Of a DNA stretch of 64,000 bases, positions 32,171 through 43,400 are shown piece by piece. This DNA comes from Oopsacas minuta. Its lineage: Eukaryota > Animalia > Porifera. The DNA lies in contig JAKMXF010000011.1 of NCBI GenBank assembly GCA_024704765.1, positions 603,557 through 667,556 on the forward strand. The letters are read 5' to 3'. The translations under genes were made by a program, and so were the position numbers. Under the pieces are notes generated by a model. The model was not told the origin of the DNA, did no database searches, and saw only the letters and a program-made list of their open reading frames with translations. Within the stretch, counting starts at the first letter, position 1. Each line of letters begins with the position of its first letter.

Positions 32171-32326
32171 GGGATCGTTCAAACGTTACATAACACTACA
32201 AAGGGAAGGGGTGGTATGCGAATGTGACGTCCCCATTCTTTTTGTATTACTAAATGGCCAAAATCTTGACACAGGGTCGGGTGTCAAAATCGGCAATTTT
32301 ACGTAACGTAACGTCTGAACGGCCCC
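32171..32326. mobile_element. PIF/Harbinger-type MITE (156 bp)
   Basis: 19-bp TIRs GGGATCGTTCAAACGTTAC / GTAACGTCTGAACGGCCCC (16/19 matches) flanked by a TTA TSD on both sides. Confidence 0.75.
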
Positions 32327-33103
32327 TTAGGGGGGTAATCAGCCTCACTGCGGGGCTTTTCACAAGTCCGAGCCAAGTCATCGAGCATTCATGACTCGTG
32401 AGAAATTCCTATCATGAGTCATCTGCGAGTCATTTCAATGACTTGACGGTTGTATCCCCTCCAAGAGTAATTTACATGATATGAAATCATAGTGGAATTG
32501 GAAATTCTTGCCAAAACACTGAAACATTGGCTCAAATTCCAAACCGTAAATTTCGGCTCGCTTCGCTCGCATCTTTCCCTAAAAGTCATGTTATATTACT
32601 ATAGTTTCAGGTATATACATTGTATTCTAAGGATGGAAGTGGCTTGAACGGTACCGGTGGGTCTGTACAAGCATAATGAGCAAGACAACACTTGATATGC
32701 TTAAGAAAGTTTTGTCCAAGTTGGAACAAAATTTATACGTTGCTAATTTATTTGAAACATGTGCACGTGCAAATGTATACAAGTAATACAACTTATACGC
32801 AGTTAAGAGAAATAATTTCGAGATTCAAAGTTAGCTGACAGTAGAATGGCGACAAATTTTGTGGCAAATAGGGCTTGTCGTCCAGGGGCTTCGCCTCTGG
32901 ACCCCAGTGGGGCTTATAGCCCACCCCCAGACCCCCAACTGGATAATTATTCCTCCACTAGCAATTCCTGGATCCGCCACTGGTTGTGTGATGCCCTTGT
33001 GAATTCAGTTGCCGCTATAAAAATCTCTACAGCTGATAACTCTACTGACAATAATGATCTATTGTATTATCCATGTATTTTTATCTCCTCTAGTACCTGT
33101 ATA

Positions 33104-36100
33104 ATGTTATTACTCCTATTTCTCTTTTCCCTCATTCAACTCGTCTCTACCTCACAAGTATATCTCGTATTCAATGACCTGAGCGTAGCCAGTGGTCAAC
33201 AAGCTACATTTAGCTGTAATGTCAATGGAGCAACTGATCATACAATAAACAAAGTATTGATCACAGATCCCGACAATACTACGCTACAAACTGATAACCA
33301 AGGATCCGCTTACTTTGCCTCTGTCCTAAACTCTGATTACTCAGATAGTGGCGTATACACATGTACTGTGAATGTCACTAATAATATCGATAGTGTTACA
33401 GAAATTTTTATGAATACAGCATTGCTTGTAGTGTATTTACCTGCTGTTGTATTACAGGCTCCATCTGGGGGAATATATTTCGTCGACGTTCAGTTTTCTA
33501 TTTCCTGTCAAGTAGAGGGGTTTCCTATCCCGGAAATAACTTGGTTATTTGACGGGACTGTCCTGTCTGGCACGCAGAATATCACAGAAATGGTTTCTAT
33601 CCCATTTATAACTTCAGTGCTAACATTTTTGAATCCTATTGAGCCTCAATCTGGTAACTACTCCTGTAGATGTAATAACATGTACACACTAGATGATACT
33701 GAAATTATGAATGAAAAAAATTCATCTCAGGCTAGTATAATAATCCTCTCTCCCCCCATGGTTACAAGTTTGGAAGATAGGAATGTTACCATACTAGATA
33801 TGGTTACTATCCTATGCGAAGCTTCAGGACAAAAACCTCTGACTTTCACATGGTATAATGTTAGTGATTCAGTTTCAAGTTTGACATCAAACTCGGAAAT
33901 AGCGATTGAAAACTTTTCGGGTTCATCTGAACTCACTATACAGTCTGTAACGCGAAAATTCACAGGTATTTATCAGTGTGCAGTTTCTAATATCGCTGGC
34001 ACTGCCTCAGAACAAATGCTACTTTTGGTACAAGAAAAACCATTCCCTCCCGAGAGCTATATCTCAGAAGCACAAGCTGAAAGTGTAACGATATCCTGGA
34101 GTATTCCATTCAATGGAAACTCACCAATAACTCAGGTTATTTTTGAAATGGAAGTAGATGGGTCCTACCATCAGAATGATACGGTATCTGGTGACTTCAC
34201 TATGCATACAATCACTAGTTTGATACCTTACACAGATTACGAATTTCGTGTGAGAGTTGAGAACATTATCGGAGTAAGTTCACCTTCTTCTCCACTAATG
34301 ATAAGAACATTATCAGCTCCACCTGTTTCAGCACCTAAGAATGTAGCACTATCTGATGTTACAGCTGATAGTGTTAAAATCAGCTGGTCTCCCCCAGACC
34401 CTCCAGACTGGAACGGTCCGATTACTTCATTTCTGATAGAATACACTCTTCTATTAACAACGGAAGAAGGTGGAAATATCGTTAAATCTGTCTCCAATAC
34501 TCTAACTATACCTTTGAACACACAGCAATCTGACGATATATTTGATACACACATTCAAGAACTAGAATCTTATCAAAACTACTCATTACGAGCATCTGCG
34601 TGTACAACTGGTGGGTGTGGCTTGTATAGCGAGGCTGTATATACATTTACATTGGGTTCAGCTCCTACTGCTGGTCCTATTATATACAATACAGAAGTTA
34701 CCCCAGATACTATACTGCTGCAATGGAATGAGATACCATTACGTCATAGAAACGGTATTATCATCTCTTACACGATAGTGTATAGCACAGATAATGAGCC
34801 TGATCAAATAATACGAACTGGCACAAATGAACGTGAATTAACTATTACAGATCTCAGTTCGTATACAGTGTATAGCGTATTGATAGCAGGTGAAACTATT
34901 GGTATAGGTCCTAACAGTTCTGCTATTAATGTACTAACAGGTGAAACTATACCATCAGAACCATTAGACATCATGGTTGTATATTTATCCTATACAGAAT
35001 TGTCTATCAGCTGGGCAGCCCCGATTTCTCCTAATGGTAATATTACACATTATACTATATATTATACTCAGCCCATTTTGGAAGTAATATCCCGATCTGA
35101 TACTGCTATATCTCCTCCTTACATTATACGGGATCTAGTAGAAGGATTTCCAGTTACGATTACTATTTCAGCTATGACAACAGCTGGGGAAGGCCCCGTA
35201 TCCCAAGAGGCAGTAGTTCAACCTGCCGCTTCCCCACAAATAGATCCCCTTACCATATCTAATGGAAATAAAACTCGTCAAGTCATACACATACAAGTAC
35301 ACGTAGACAATACTCTGCATCTTACTTGTTCAATAGTTGGTACTCCTACGCCTGATTACAACTGGATGTCTAATTACACTGGTGTCGGGTATTTTGATCT
35401 GCATGTAGTGGAGCAGAACTATACTATTAATAAAATAATAGCTGAACAAGACGGTGCATTCATGTGTGTAGCTAGGAATATTTTCGGCTCTGCGTATTTA
35501 ATATTTATAGTTACAGTAGTGGAGCTACCTGTCGTAGAGCTAGACTATGGGTTTCCCGAGTTTTGTATTGGTAATGGTGAAGTAACTCATTGTGAGAGAG
35601 GCAGGACATTAACTTTAACTTGTTCCTTTATGAACGGTATTCCTACACCTGTATTGAATTTCACACGTGAAGGCCAAACTGTTTCACAGGTGGTGACAAC
35701 TGGTAGTGAGCTTCAGGTTGATATTGTATTGTCTGATGAGAATAGTCGCTTCTACGTATGTGAGGCTGTTAACAATCTAGGAAAAGATAGACAAAGTCTA
35801 TTCATCAATCTAGTTGGTATCTTTTCCATTGAAGTTACACAGGGTGTTATAACATGGAGCTTATCTGACACAGGATATTTAGACGGTGATTTTATACTGG
35901 AATATGGTATGCAGACTATCTCAGAGAATTCTATGATAATTCAGAACCTATCTCCGCTAATGCTAGGGAATATCTTAACTGTTCCAGGATCTTATCTCTG
36001 GAGATTGAAGTTTGTGACGTCATACGGTGATGCAGTTGTCTCTCAGATCTATTCTTATGAGCTTCCATCTTCGCCTATTATTATGGATTGGTTAATAGGA

Positions 36101-36673
36101 CTGTTACTATTCCTCGTTATAATAGTGATCATAATATTTGTTATTGTGATAATACTGTTTATATTATACTGTTATAGAAGACGGCGGCATAAGAATGATT
36201 ATGATGGTGATCTGTTCTTTGGACCGGATAGCCCTGTCAGTAAACCGGTATCCCTCAAGGAATTCGGTACTTCAGGGCCGTTAGACGGAAAAGTTGATAG
36301 AATTACTCCGATACGCCGGCCCAAGAAACAAAAACAAAAGAAATTAAATCGAGAAAGTTACAAGCAATCAGAAGAGTATACTAAAAATCAAGCTTATCGT
36401 GGTCCCATGGCATTCCATAATCGTGGTTTAGAAACTGACTTACAAGACAAACCAAAACCTTCCTCATTCCAAGCAGCTTCTAATATTAAATTCTTAGGAC
36501 ATAAGCAATCACATAAAGAACCAGTTGGTGCTACAAGTTTTAAGCGTATAGATACACCTGAATTTCCTATACCCCCCCCACCACCTATCGACAATTTATT
36601 CCTCCAATCAGCTAATGAATCCAACTTAACGCCACCACCTCCCCCAGTACCTGATCCCACATACTCCAGTTAA
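33104..36673 (+). CDS. Intronless Ig/FN3 cell-surface receptor (signal peptide, Ig x3, FN3 x4, Ig x2, TM, Pro-rich tail), ~1189 aa
   Basis: ATG 33104 gives the signal peptide MLLLLFLFSLIQLVST. Ig motifs C..W..DSGVYTC, SGNYSC, GIYQC, GAFMC, FYVC. FN3 motifs W.PP..NG.I..Y and L.PYT.Y. TM WLIGLLLFLVIIVIIIFVIVIILFILYCY. Confidence 0.9.
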   Translation: MLLLLFLFSLIQLVSTSQVYLVFNDLSVASGQQATFSCNVNGATDHTINKVLITDPDNTTLQTDNQGSAYFASVLNSDYSDSGVYTCTVNVTNNIDSVTEIFMNTALLVVYLPAVVLQAPSGGIYFVDVQFSISCQVEGFPIPEITWLFDGTVLSGTQNITEMVSIPFITSVLTFLNPIEPQSGNYSCRCNNMYTLDDTEIMNEKNSSQASIIILSPPMVTSLEDRNVTILDMVTILCEASGQKPLTFTWYNVSDSVSSLTSNSEIAIENFSGSSELTIQSVTRKFTGIYQCAVSNIAGTASEQMLLLVQEKPFPPESYISEAQAESVTISWSIPFNGNSPITQVIFEMEVDGSYHQNDTVSGDFTMHTITSLIPYTDYEFRVRVENIIGVSSPSSPLMIRTLSAPPVSAPKNVALSDVTADSVKISWSPPDPPDWNGPITSFLIEYTLLLTTEEGGNIVKSVSNTLTIPLNTQQSDDIFDTHIQELESYQNYSLRASACTTGGCGLYSEAVYTFTLGSAPTAGPIIYNTEVTPDTILLQWNEIPLRHRNGIIISYTIVYSTDNEPDQIIRTGTNERELTITDLSSYTVYSVLIAGETIGIGPNSSAINVLTGETIPSEPLDIMVVYLSYTELSISWAAPISPNGNITHYTIYYTQPILEVISRSDTAISPPYIIRDLVEGFPVTITISAMTTAGEGPVSQEAVVQPAASPQIDPLTISNGNKTRQVIHIQVHVDNTLHLTCSIVGTPTPDYNWMSNYTGVGYFDLHVVEQNYTINKIIAEQDGAFMCVARNIFGSAYLIFIVTVVELPVVELDYGFPEFCIGNGEVTHCERGRTLTLTCSFMNGIPTPVLNFTREGQTVSQVVTTGSELQVDIVLSDENSRFYVCEAVNNLGKDRQSLFINLVGIFSIEVTQGVITWSLSDTGYLDGDFILEYGMQTISENSMIIQNLSPLMLGNILTVPGSYLWRLKFVTSYGDAVVSQIYSYELPSSPIIMDWLIGLLLFLVIIVIIIFVIVIILFILYCYRRRRHKNDYDGDLFFGPDSPVSKPVSLKEFGTSGPLDGKVDRITPIRRPKKQKQKKLNRESYKQSEEYTKNQAYRGPMAFHNRGLETDLQDKPKPSSFQAASNIKFLGHKQSHKEPVGATSFKRIDTPEFPIPPPPPIDNLFLQSANESNLTPPPPPVPDPTYSS

Positions 36674-37239
36674 TTAACGGGTAATTATTGTCTTTGTCGA
36701 ATTTATATATTTTTATAAGCTTGTCATAGTTTTGATGATAGCCTTTTTGTGGACTTTTGAGTATTTTAATTTATTTTATTGTAATTCAATACTCGAGTAT
36801 AATTCAATTTATAATTAGTCATGAGTTAAATTCATTAATAGTTTCAAGAGTTATTTATAGCTTTTGAATTCTATAAAACGAAAACGTGGAGGATCTATTT
36901 TACAATTCTTCCTAATTATTCATCTAATGTTTTAACAAATAATATATACAGAGCTGTACTCTAGTAGAGCTGAGCTCTCTCTATATATCATCTAATTTTT
37001 AATATGGTAAGGCAATCAGAAGCTACGGGGTAAAACGGCTTGAATCTTATTCTAGTTTGGTTAACATGGGACTGTCCTTGGCGTATAAAGAAATACGTTC
37101 CCTCACAAAATCGAATCTCATTTTCCAGCCACGGGGGCTCATTATTAAGAATGATCATAATAGACAGACTTCTTAAACAGACTGGCTAATTGGTGATAGT
37201 TATGGGAAATTTATTGGTGCAACCGATTTTGTTGCAATA

Positions 37240-37301
37240 CAGTAAACTCCCGTTATGCCAGTCGCATAATACGAAACTCCTATTAGGTTGAGAGTTTACT
37301 G
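37240..37301. mobile_element. Tiny Tc1/mariner (Tigger-like) MITE remnant
   Basis: TA|CAGTAAACTC ... GAGTTTACTG|TA, perfect 10-bp TIR. Related TA-CAGT remnants near 1104-1247, 13103, 40425-40622 and 41375-41480. Confidence 0.6.
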
Positions 37302-37436
37302 TATAATTGAAAGCTTTCAATATACTGGTAAAAATCAAACAAATATCACTTGGGAGTATGTCTGGCTTGATCTCATATTAAAGTTTAAAGAGATCTATTT
37401 ATTCTGATTTATCATAATTATTTTTGAAATATTAGG

Positions 37437-40400
37437 ATGTCGCAATTATTCCGTAAAATCAAACGCGGTAAGAAGACTGCATACAAGTTTAGTATGAAGC
37501 TGACCTACCATGCGATAACACTCATACACGATCAAGAGTACACTCCATCCGGTCTGGTGATCCGATGGTCTCGAGGACACAGACAAGTCGTTTCCACGAA
37601 AGCCAACTGGACGCCTGGTTCACAACCTAACGCGAAAGGACAGCTAAATGGTGATGCGACATTCGAACCTCCCTGTACAGTAGAGTTATTAGTTACTCTG
37701 TATAAGGAAGCTAAGAGCGATCATTTTGATGAGAAAGATTATAAGTTTGTGTTAGAAGATGAGGGAGATGTAAGCGGGAGAAAAGCACTGGGAGTGTTCT
37801 CAATTAATATCGGGCAGTTTGCTGATATGTTAGGCTCGAATAATGAAATTACTATGGAAATGAAGCCACTTGTTAATAAGGTATAGTATCAGTTTATTCT
37901 TAAGTTTGTTATTTTCACTTTGTAATAACCCGGGCGAAATACCGGAGAACTCTGACCTTAGGAAATCTCTACTTAATACTTTGAATTTTGAAACATCTGT
38001 GAATGAAGGTATATAGAGTTTTCAAATTTATATATTGAAGATATGGGATATTTTGAACTTAATTCGCATTAAAGTGGACTTGCGTAGCAAGTCCTATTTT
38101 GCATGAATTTCTTGTTAAGGCTCAGCGTCAATTAAAAGTTAGACTAATTGCAACTAGCACATTTTCGTAGATATTTAATTGTTCATCATTTAGGTTAGCG
38201 AGGCTCTGGTAGCTGTAACAATTAAATCAGAATTCTTGAAGACAGGTAAGGTAGGAGATGATGACATGATGTCTACTTGGAGTGCTATGACTGATAGAGC
38301 TGATGCAGACATTGAAGATGATCAAGCGGATCTCTCACCTGACCTATCACCTGGTAATCAAGCTATGACTGCTTCTACAAGTTCAGGTATTGTCAATTTT
38401 TTTACAATGAGTAATTCTAGAAATTTTAAAACCAAAATTTCTAGAATTACTCATAGTAAAAAATTGTCTCCTAGGAGCCTCTCGTAACTTAAAGGAGAGT
38501 ATATCTTTCTTTGACTTAAAACCAGAAGAATCATTCTATGAGTTTATGATGCGTAATTCAAGAGATGACGTAATAGATAGTCAGGGCACTACAATGACGT
38601 TAGAACATATAAGAGATTGTAAAGTGATCGGATTATTCTTCGCAGCAAATTCATCTCCACAGTGTAAATTCTTTCTAACTGTATTAGACAGTTTCTATAA
38701 TTCTCTGAATGAAGTTAGACCGAGAGATTTCGAGCTTTTATTTGTGTCCTGTGATTACAATGATTCTGAGATGTTGGACTTTATGCAGGATTCAGGTAAT
38801 GTATATGTTCGAATAATTACGTAGACCACGAGTCTATAGCCTATATAGCCTACCCCTCCAAAATTTAAGGCGGATAAATAATTCGGGATCTGGTTCGGGT
38901 CATTTTGAGACACTCCTCTAGTTGATAGAGTGGGGATTACCAAGGATTACATGATTAGTTGAATGCCGTAGAACGATATGTCGTGGAACGAAATGTATGA
39001 TTCCCTGGCAGACATTATCAAGCTATTTAATCACTTGTGATTATGAACAAGTATTTTAATTTCGTATGGAATCAGCTATGGATTCCTTGCGCTGTACATT
39101 ACATTCTTGAGTAGCATGCAGGACAGATCAAATTTCCCTAAATATTCGGTCGACGAATTTTCTAAGCTAAACGTAATAAATTCGTTATGTATATCTACAC
39201 AGGTGTATCCTATCCTGGAGTAAAATCCAGTTCACAACTAGCTGAAGCTCTCAAAGAAAAGTTTGAGATTTCTACTATCCCAGAAGTAATAGCTATATCA
39301 GCTGCAGGAAAAACTGTTGATAAACAGGGTAGACTTAAGATAGAGAGATGTGGTGGTAATGAAGATTGTTTCGATATATTAGATCATTGGTTGGATGGCA
39401 AGCCAGCTCCTGTTAGAGCTGAATTAGAATTGAATGCTAAATCTTCTCAGTTGAGTGAGGATGGAGAACCTAAAGCTAAGATTGTGTCAAAAGAGGAGAA
39501 GAAGAGGCAAGAGAGGTTAGAGAAAGAGCGAAAGAAAAAGGAAGAGGAAGAAAAGAGAAGGTTTGTTATACAATATACGCGAAGTTATACATTCGGATAT
39601 ACCTGGAATTTCTGTCCCAGCCTGTGGCACTGGGTATCTTTAGAGTTTCCTTATTAACAACTTGGGTTTTGGATGTCAAACGAAGTTGCTAATAGGAGAA
39701 CATAATTAGTACAAAATCTATGCTAGGGAACTGAAAATGTTTTGCTAATTAATAAACAAATATTGCTATTTGCTAATAAGCAAACTCTACTATTCCATTG
39801 TAGCATTATGTATTTGTATGTTCGGGAATTCCAATAACTTCATATATGCTTTAAGAGCTAAAATCTTTTAGGAAGGAAAAACTTGAAAAAGAAGAGAAAA
39901 AACGTTTAGAACGAGACGAGAAAAAGAAAGTACGTGAAAAGGAGAAACAAGATAAGCGAGCTAAGAGATCTTCTGTCAGTATACAAAATGCAGTTAGTCC
40001 GAATATTCAAGAAGATATCACTACTGTATCAGACGACCCAGAAATAGGAATACCAGATCCTCCTCAAATAACTACATCAACTGAAGAGCTACTAGATAAC
40101 GAGCCTAAAACAAAGCCTACATTATTCCAATTAGCAGGTACTACACCTGAGAAAGTTGATACACAAGCTGCAGCTGATGATAAACCTGTGTCGGCTAAGA
40201 GAAAGGAAAAAGAAGAAAGTGCTTCATTTAAATCGACCGCTAAAGGATCTGATAATCAGCTGAGAGAAGCTAAGAGTAGGATTGTAGAGTTAGAGCAGAA
40301 TTCTAAGAATTTAACTGAGAATAATCAGGTGCTGTATTCAGCTAAATGTCAATTGGAGAATGAGAAAGATGATTTACAGGTAGGTTCTAGCTTTATTAGG

Positions 40401-43400
40401 AACCTATCTTGCTATAAACATGTACAGTGGAGTCTTCCAATAACGAACACATTGGGGATTAAATTTTGTCCTTTGTAGGTGAGATGTCCACTTCTCAGAG
40501 ATTGATTAAGTATTTTTTACATGTATTATTAACTTAATTCGTTCCACGAGCTTGTCCGTTGTAGAGGTGTTGCTCGCTTTTCGGAGTGTCCGTTTTGGCC
40601 TTATACTTAATTTGCATTACTGTATTACGTAGTACAAATCTTTAATTTACATCCGGTAACTCGAATCCTCAGGGGAAATCAAAATCTGTTCAAGATAGCA
40701 AATGTTCGAGTTACTGGATGTCGACTATATTCGATATAATAATTAATCAATTGGATCAATCTGGTTACGTCATAAATTTAATCTGTTTTATGACTACAGT
40801 GGAGTCTCCAGATATGCACAGCTATGGGAAACTTCTCAAAAGTTGTCAAAATACTTATTGATTATAATTTTACTGAGAATAAAATGTTCCATTTACACAT
40901 GTTTTTACCTTTTCGTATTTAAGCGACATTTCAAAATAAGCAGAGTTCGAGAGCATTTGTGTACTTTTCTGAAGGGTTTTGTGACCGTTGACATGTTTTT
41001 TAATTAGACAGGTGTTTCTATATTTCCGACTTCGATTTAACTAGAATCTACTTCATATCTTGTTTACATTTAATAGGAGAAAGTAATAGAGCTTACTCAC
41101 AATGTAGAAGACTTTACAGAGCAGGTACGAGACCTTACAGAAGCTAAAGACAATCTGAGTAGAGAGAACCATGAGAAAAATCAGCTGATTGATACTCTAC
41201 AAGATCAGAAGTTAGGTCTCACAGAGGATTTGAATGGTGCTAGAGGTGAACTGGAATCTATCAGGTAAATTTACACTAGGCTACTGTTAGTTGGAAACTT
41301 ATTTCAGCTCCACTACTGCCCGCATCAAATTTACCTACTGCATGAAGATTATCCTTATGGAATTAAAGGTTACATCCACTAACTCGAACCCTGAATGTTC
41401 GAGTTAACGGATGTGATAAGTACTAAAAGTACAACGAAGGGAAATGAAAATTCGTTCGAGTTACCAGATATTGACTGTATTTAGTTAGTCATGAAAGAAA
41501 ATTTCTACACAAGTCATATCTGCATAATTTTAATTCACAGGCATTTTAGCGAGAAAATATAATTGTTTGATTTAACCGAACTTTTGATGATGAGGTCATT
41601 TGATTAATACAAATATGATGAGGTCAAAATTTTCCGCACCTAATCTCTCTGCTATATGAACTACATTTGTAGTATGTACTGTATTTTAATTATGCAAATT
41701 CCCGCGAGGTATTTACCATACTTCTGTTACATGTCTTAGCTTTATACATCAGCTTTCTAAGTTTCAGCCAAGTTTATCATATTCTACTGTTTACATGGTT
41801 CAATGTTCAGATCTTGTTAGTAACCTATACATCACGCATATTGTATATTTACTTCTGAACAAATTTGGGCCTTGTTTTGGCCAACAATTTCTGAAAATTT
41901 AAATAATTCAACTCTTCCTCACGATATGTGCAAGGTATACAGTTCAATTTACTATTTGTATATGTAAGCTCTAAAATGTGTGTTGTGTCTAAATAAACAT
42001 ATTACCTACCTCTTTTTCCATATGTATTATTGCTCAGCATATTGAGATATAATTACTATCTTAGAATCTAAATGCAATATTTTCTAATAATACCCTTTCT
42101 TCCTATAATACTGAATTTATCTCCATATATGGGTAAAACTCGATAACTCGGTACCTCTTGGTGTGCTTGCATTGTTGCATTGTACTTGGAAAATTTTGGC
42201 CAATTTAATCTTATATTATATATGAGGTTATTAGAACGACGAAAAACTGCGTTTAGTTTACACGTAGCACGTTTACTCAATTTTTATCATAAATCTACAT
42301 ATGTACTTAACTTTCCACCACCTTGTGAATTCAAACTTACGTCAAATCTAATATAACCACTACAAACACAAATGGCTACATAACTCTTATTTATTTGAGT
42401 ATCTTATTACGTAAGATATTTTAGGAAAGAAAATTACATTATTTATCCTATTGTTTGGACAAATAATCTGCACATCTATCCTTAACTATAAGAATGCCCA
42501 ATTGAATAGAATGTGTTACGTTACAATCACTAAAAATCAACTCATGACCCAAATCTATTTTGGTACGGAAATACGTGCCTTGAATTAACAAGTGAAGGTC
42601 AGTTTGACGTACTCTTTCGAATATTGGATACAATCGGATTTCACCTGTGTATTATATAATTTCTATGTGACTATTAATAGTATGTCTCTGTTTCTGAGAC
42701 GATCATCGTCTTAATCGATTAGTATTCCCTCTTCTCTCTGCCTGGCCCATTCTACACTAATTTAATTCCAACACATATCATGGGTTCCTCACTTTATTTC
42801 ACCAATCACAACTAAGCCATTATTCCCATTATAATTCTAATTTGAAGCCATTTTTGAATAGAATATTCCTGTCAGTTCAATAGAATAGCAAATAGAGAGT
42901 ACATATAGAAGTGTGCAATTTAAACTAGCTGAATATACTTTCAGCTAACTTTAGATTAGTCAAGACAATTAACGTTGATACTATATTTAGCACAGCTACC
43001 CACCTTACGCAAGAAGAATTGATTTGATAGCTGGCCTATAAATACAAGAATTTGAATTGAATTACAATACCAAAATATATTTCCAAAATTTCGGTTTCAA
43101 ATTGAGATGTCTTTGCAGTTGGATATGTCCTCATTGAATTTGGGTTGTAATTCAGTTGATATTAAGAATTCTGACATAACTGAAAAATACGAGATAAAAT
43201 GGAATCAAGTATTGGGATCTGGCCTGAATGGAGATGTTTATCGATGCATCGATAAAACGACAAGTGAAGAATATGCCCTGAAGTTTTTGAGCAATTCTGA
43301 TTCAAGTCGTATGGAGATACACTTACACGGTGAATGCCAATCTTCTAAACACATTGTTGGGATCATAGATACATATTACTGCCAGTTAACAGCACCGATA

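Noticed and set aside
32846-33103. 86-aa N-terminal extension of the Ig/FN3 ORF
   Set aside because: It runs through a GC-rich repeat-like motif (GGGGCTTCGCCTCTGGACCCC...CCCCCAGACCCCC). The signal peptide starts at ATG 33104, just after an acceptor-like site.
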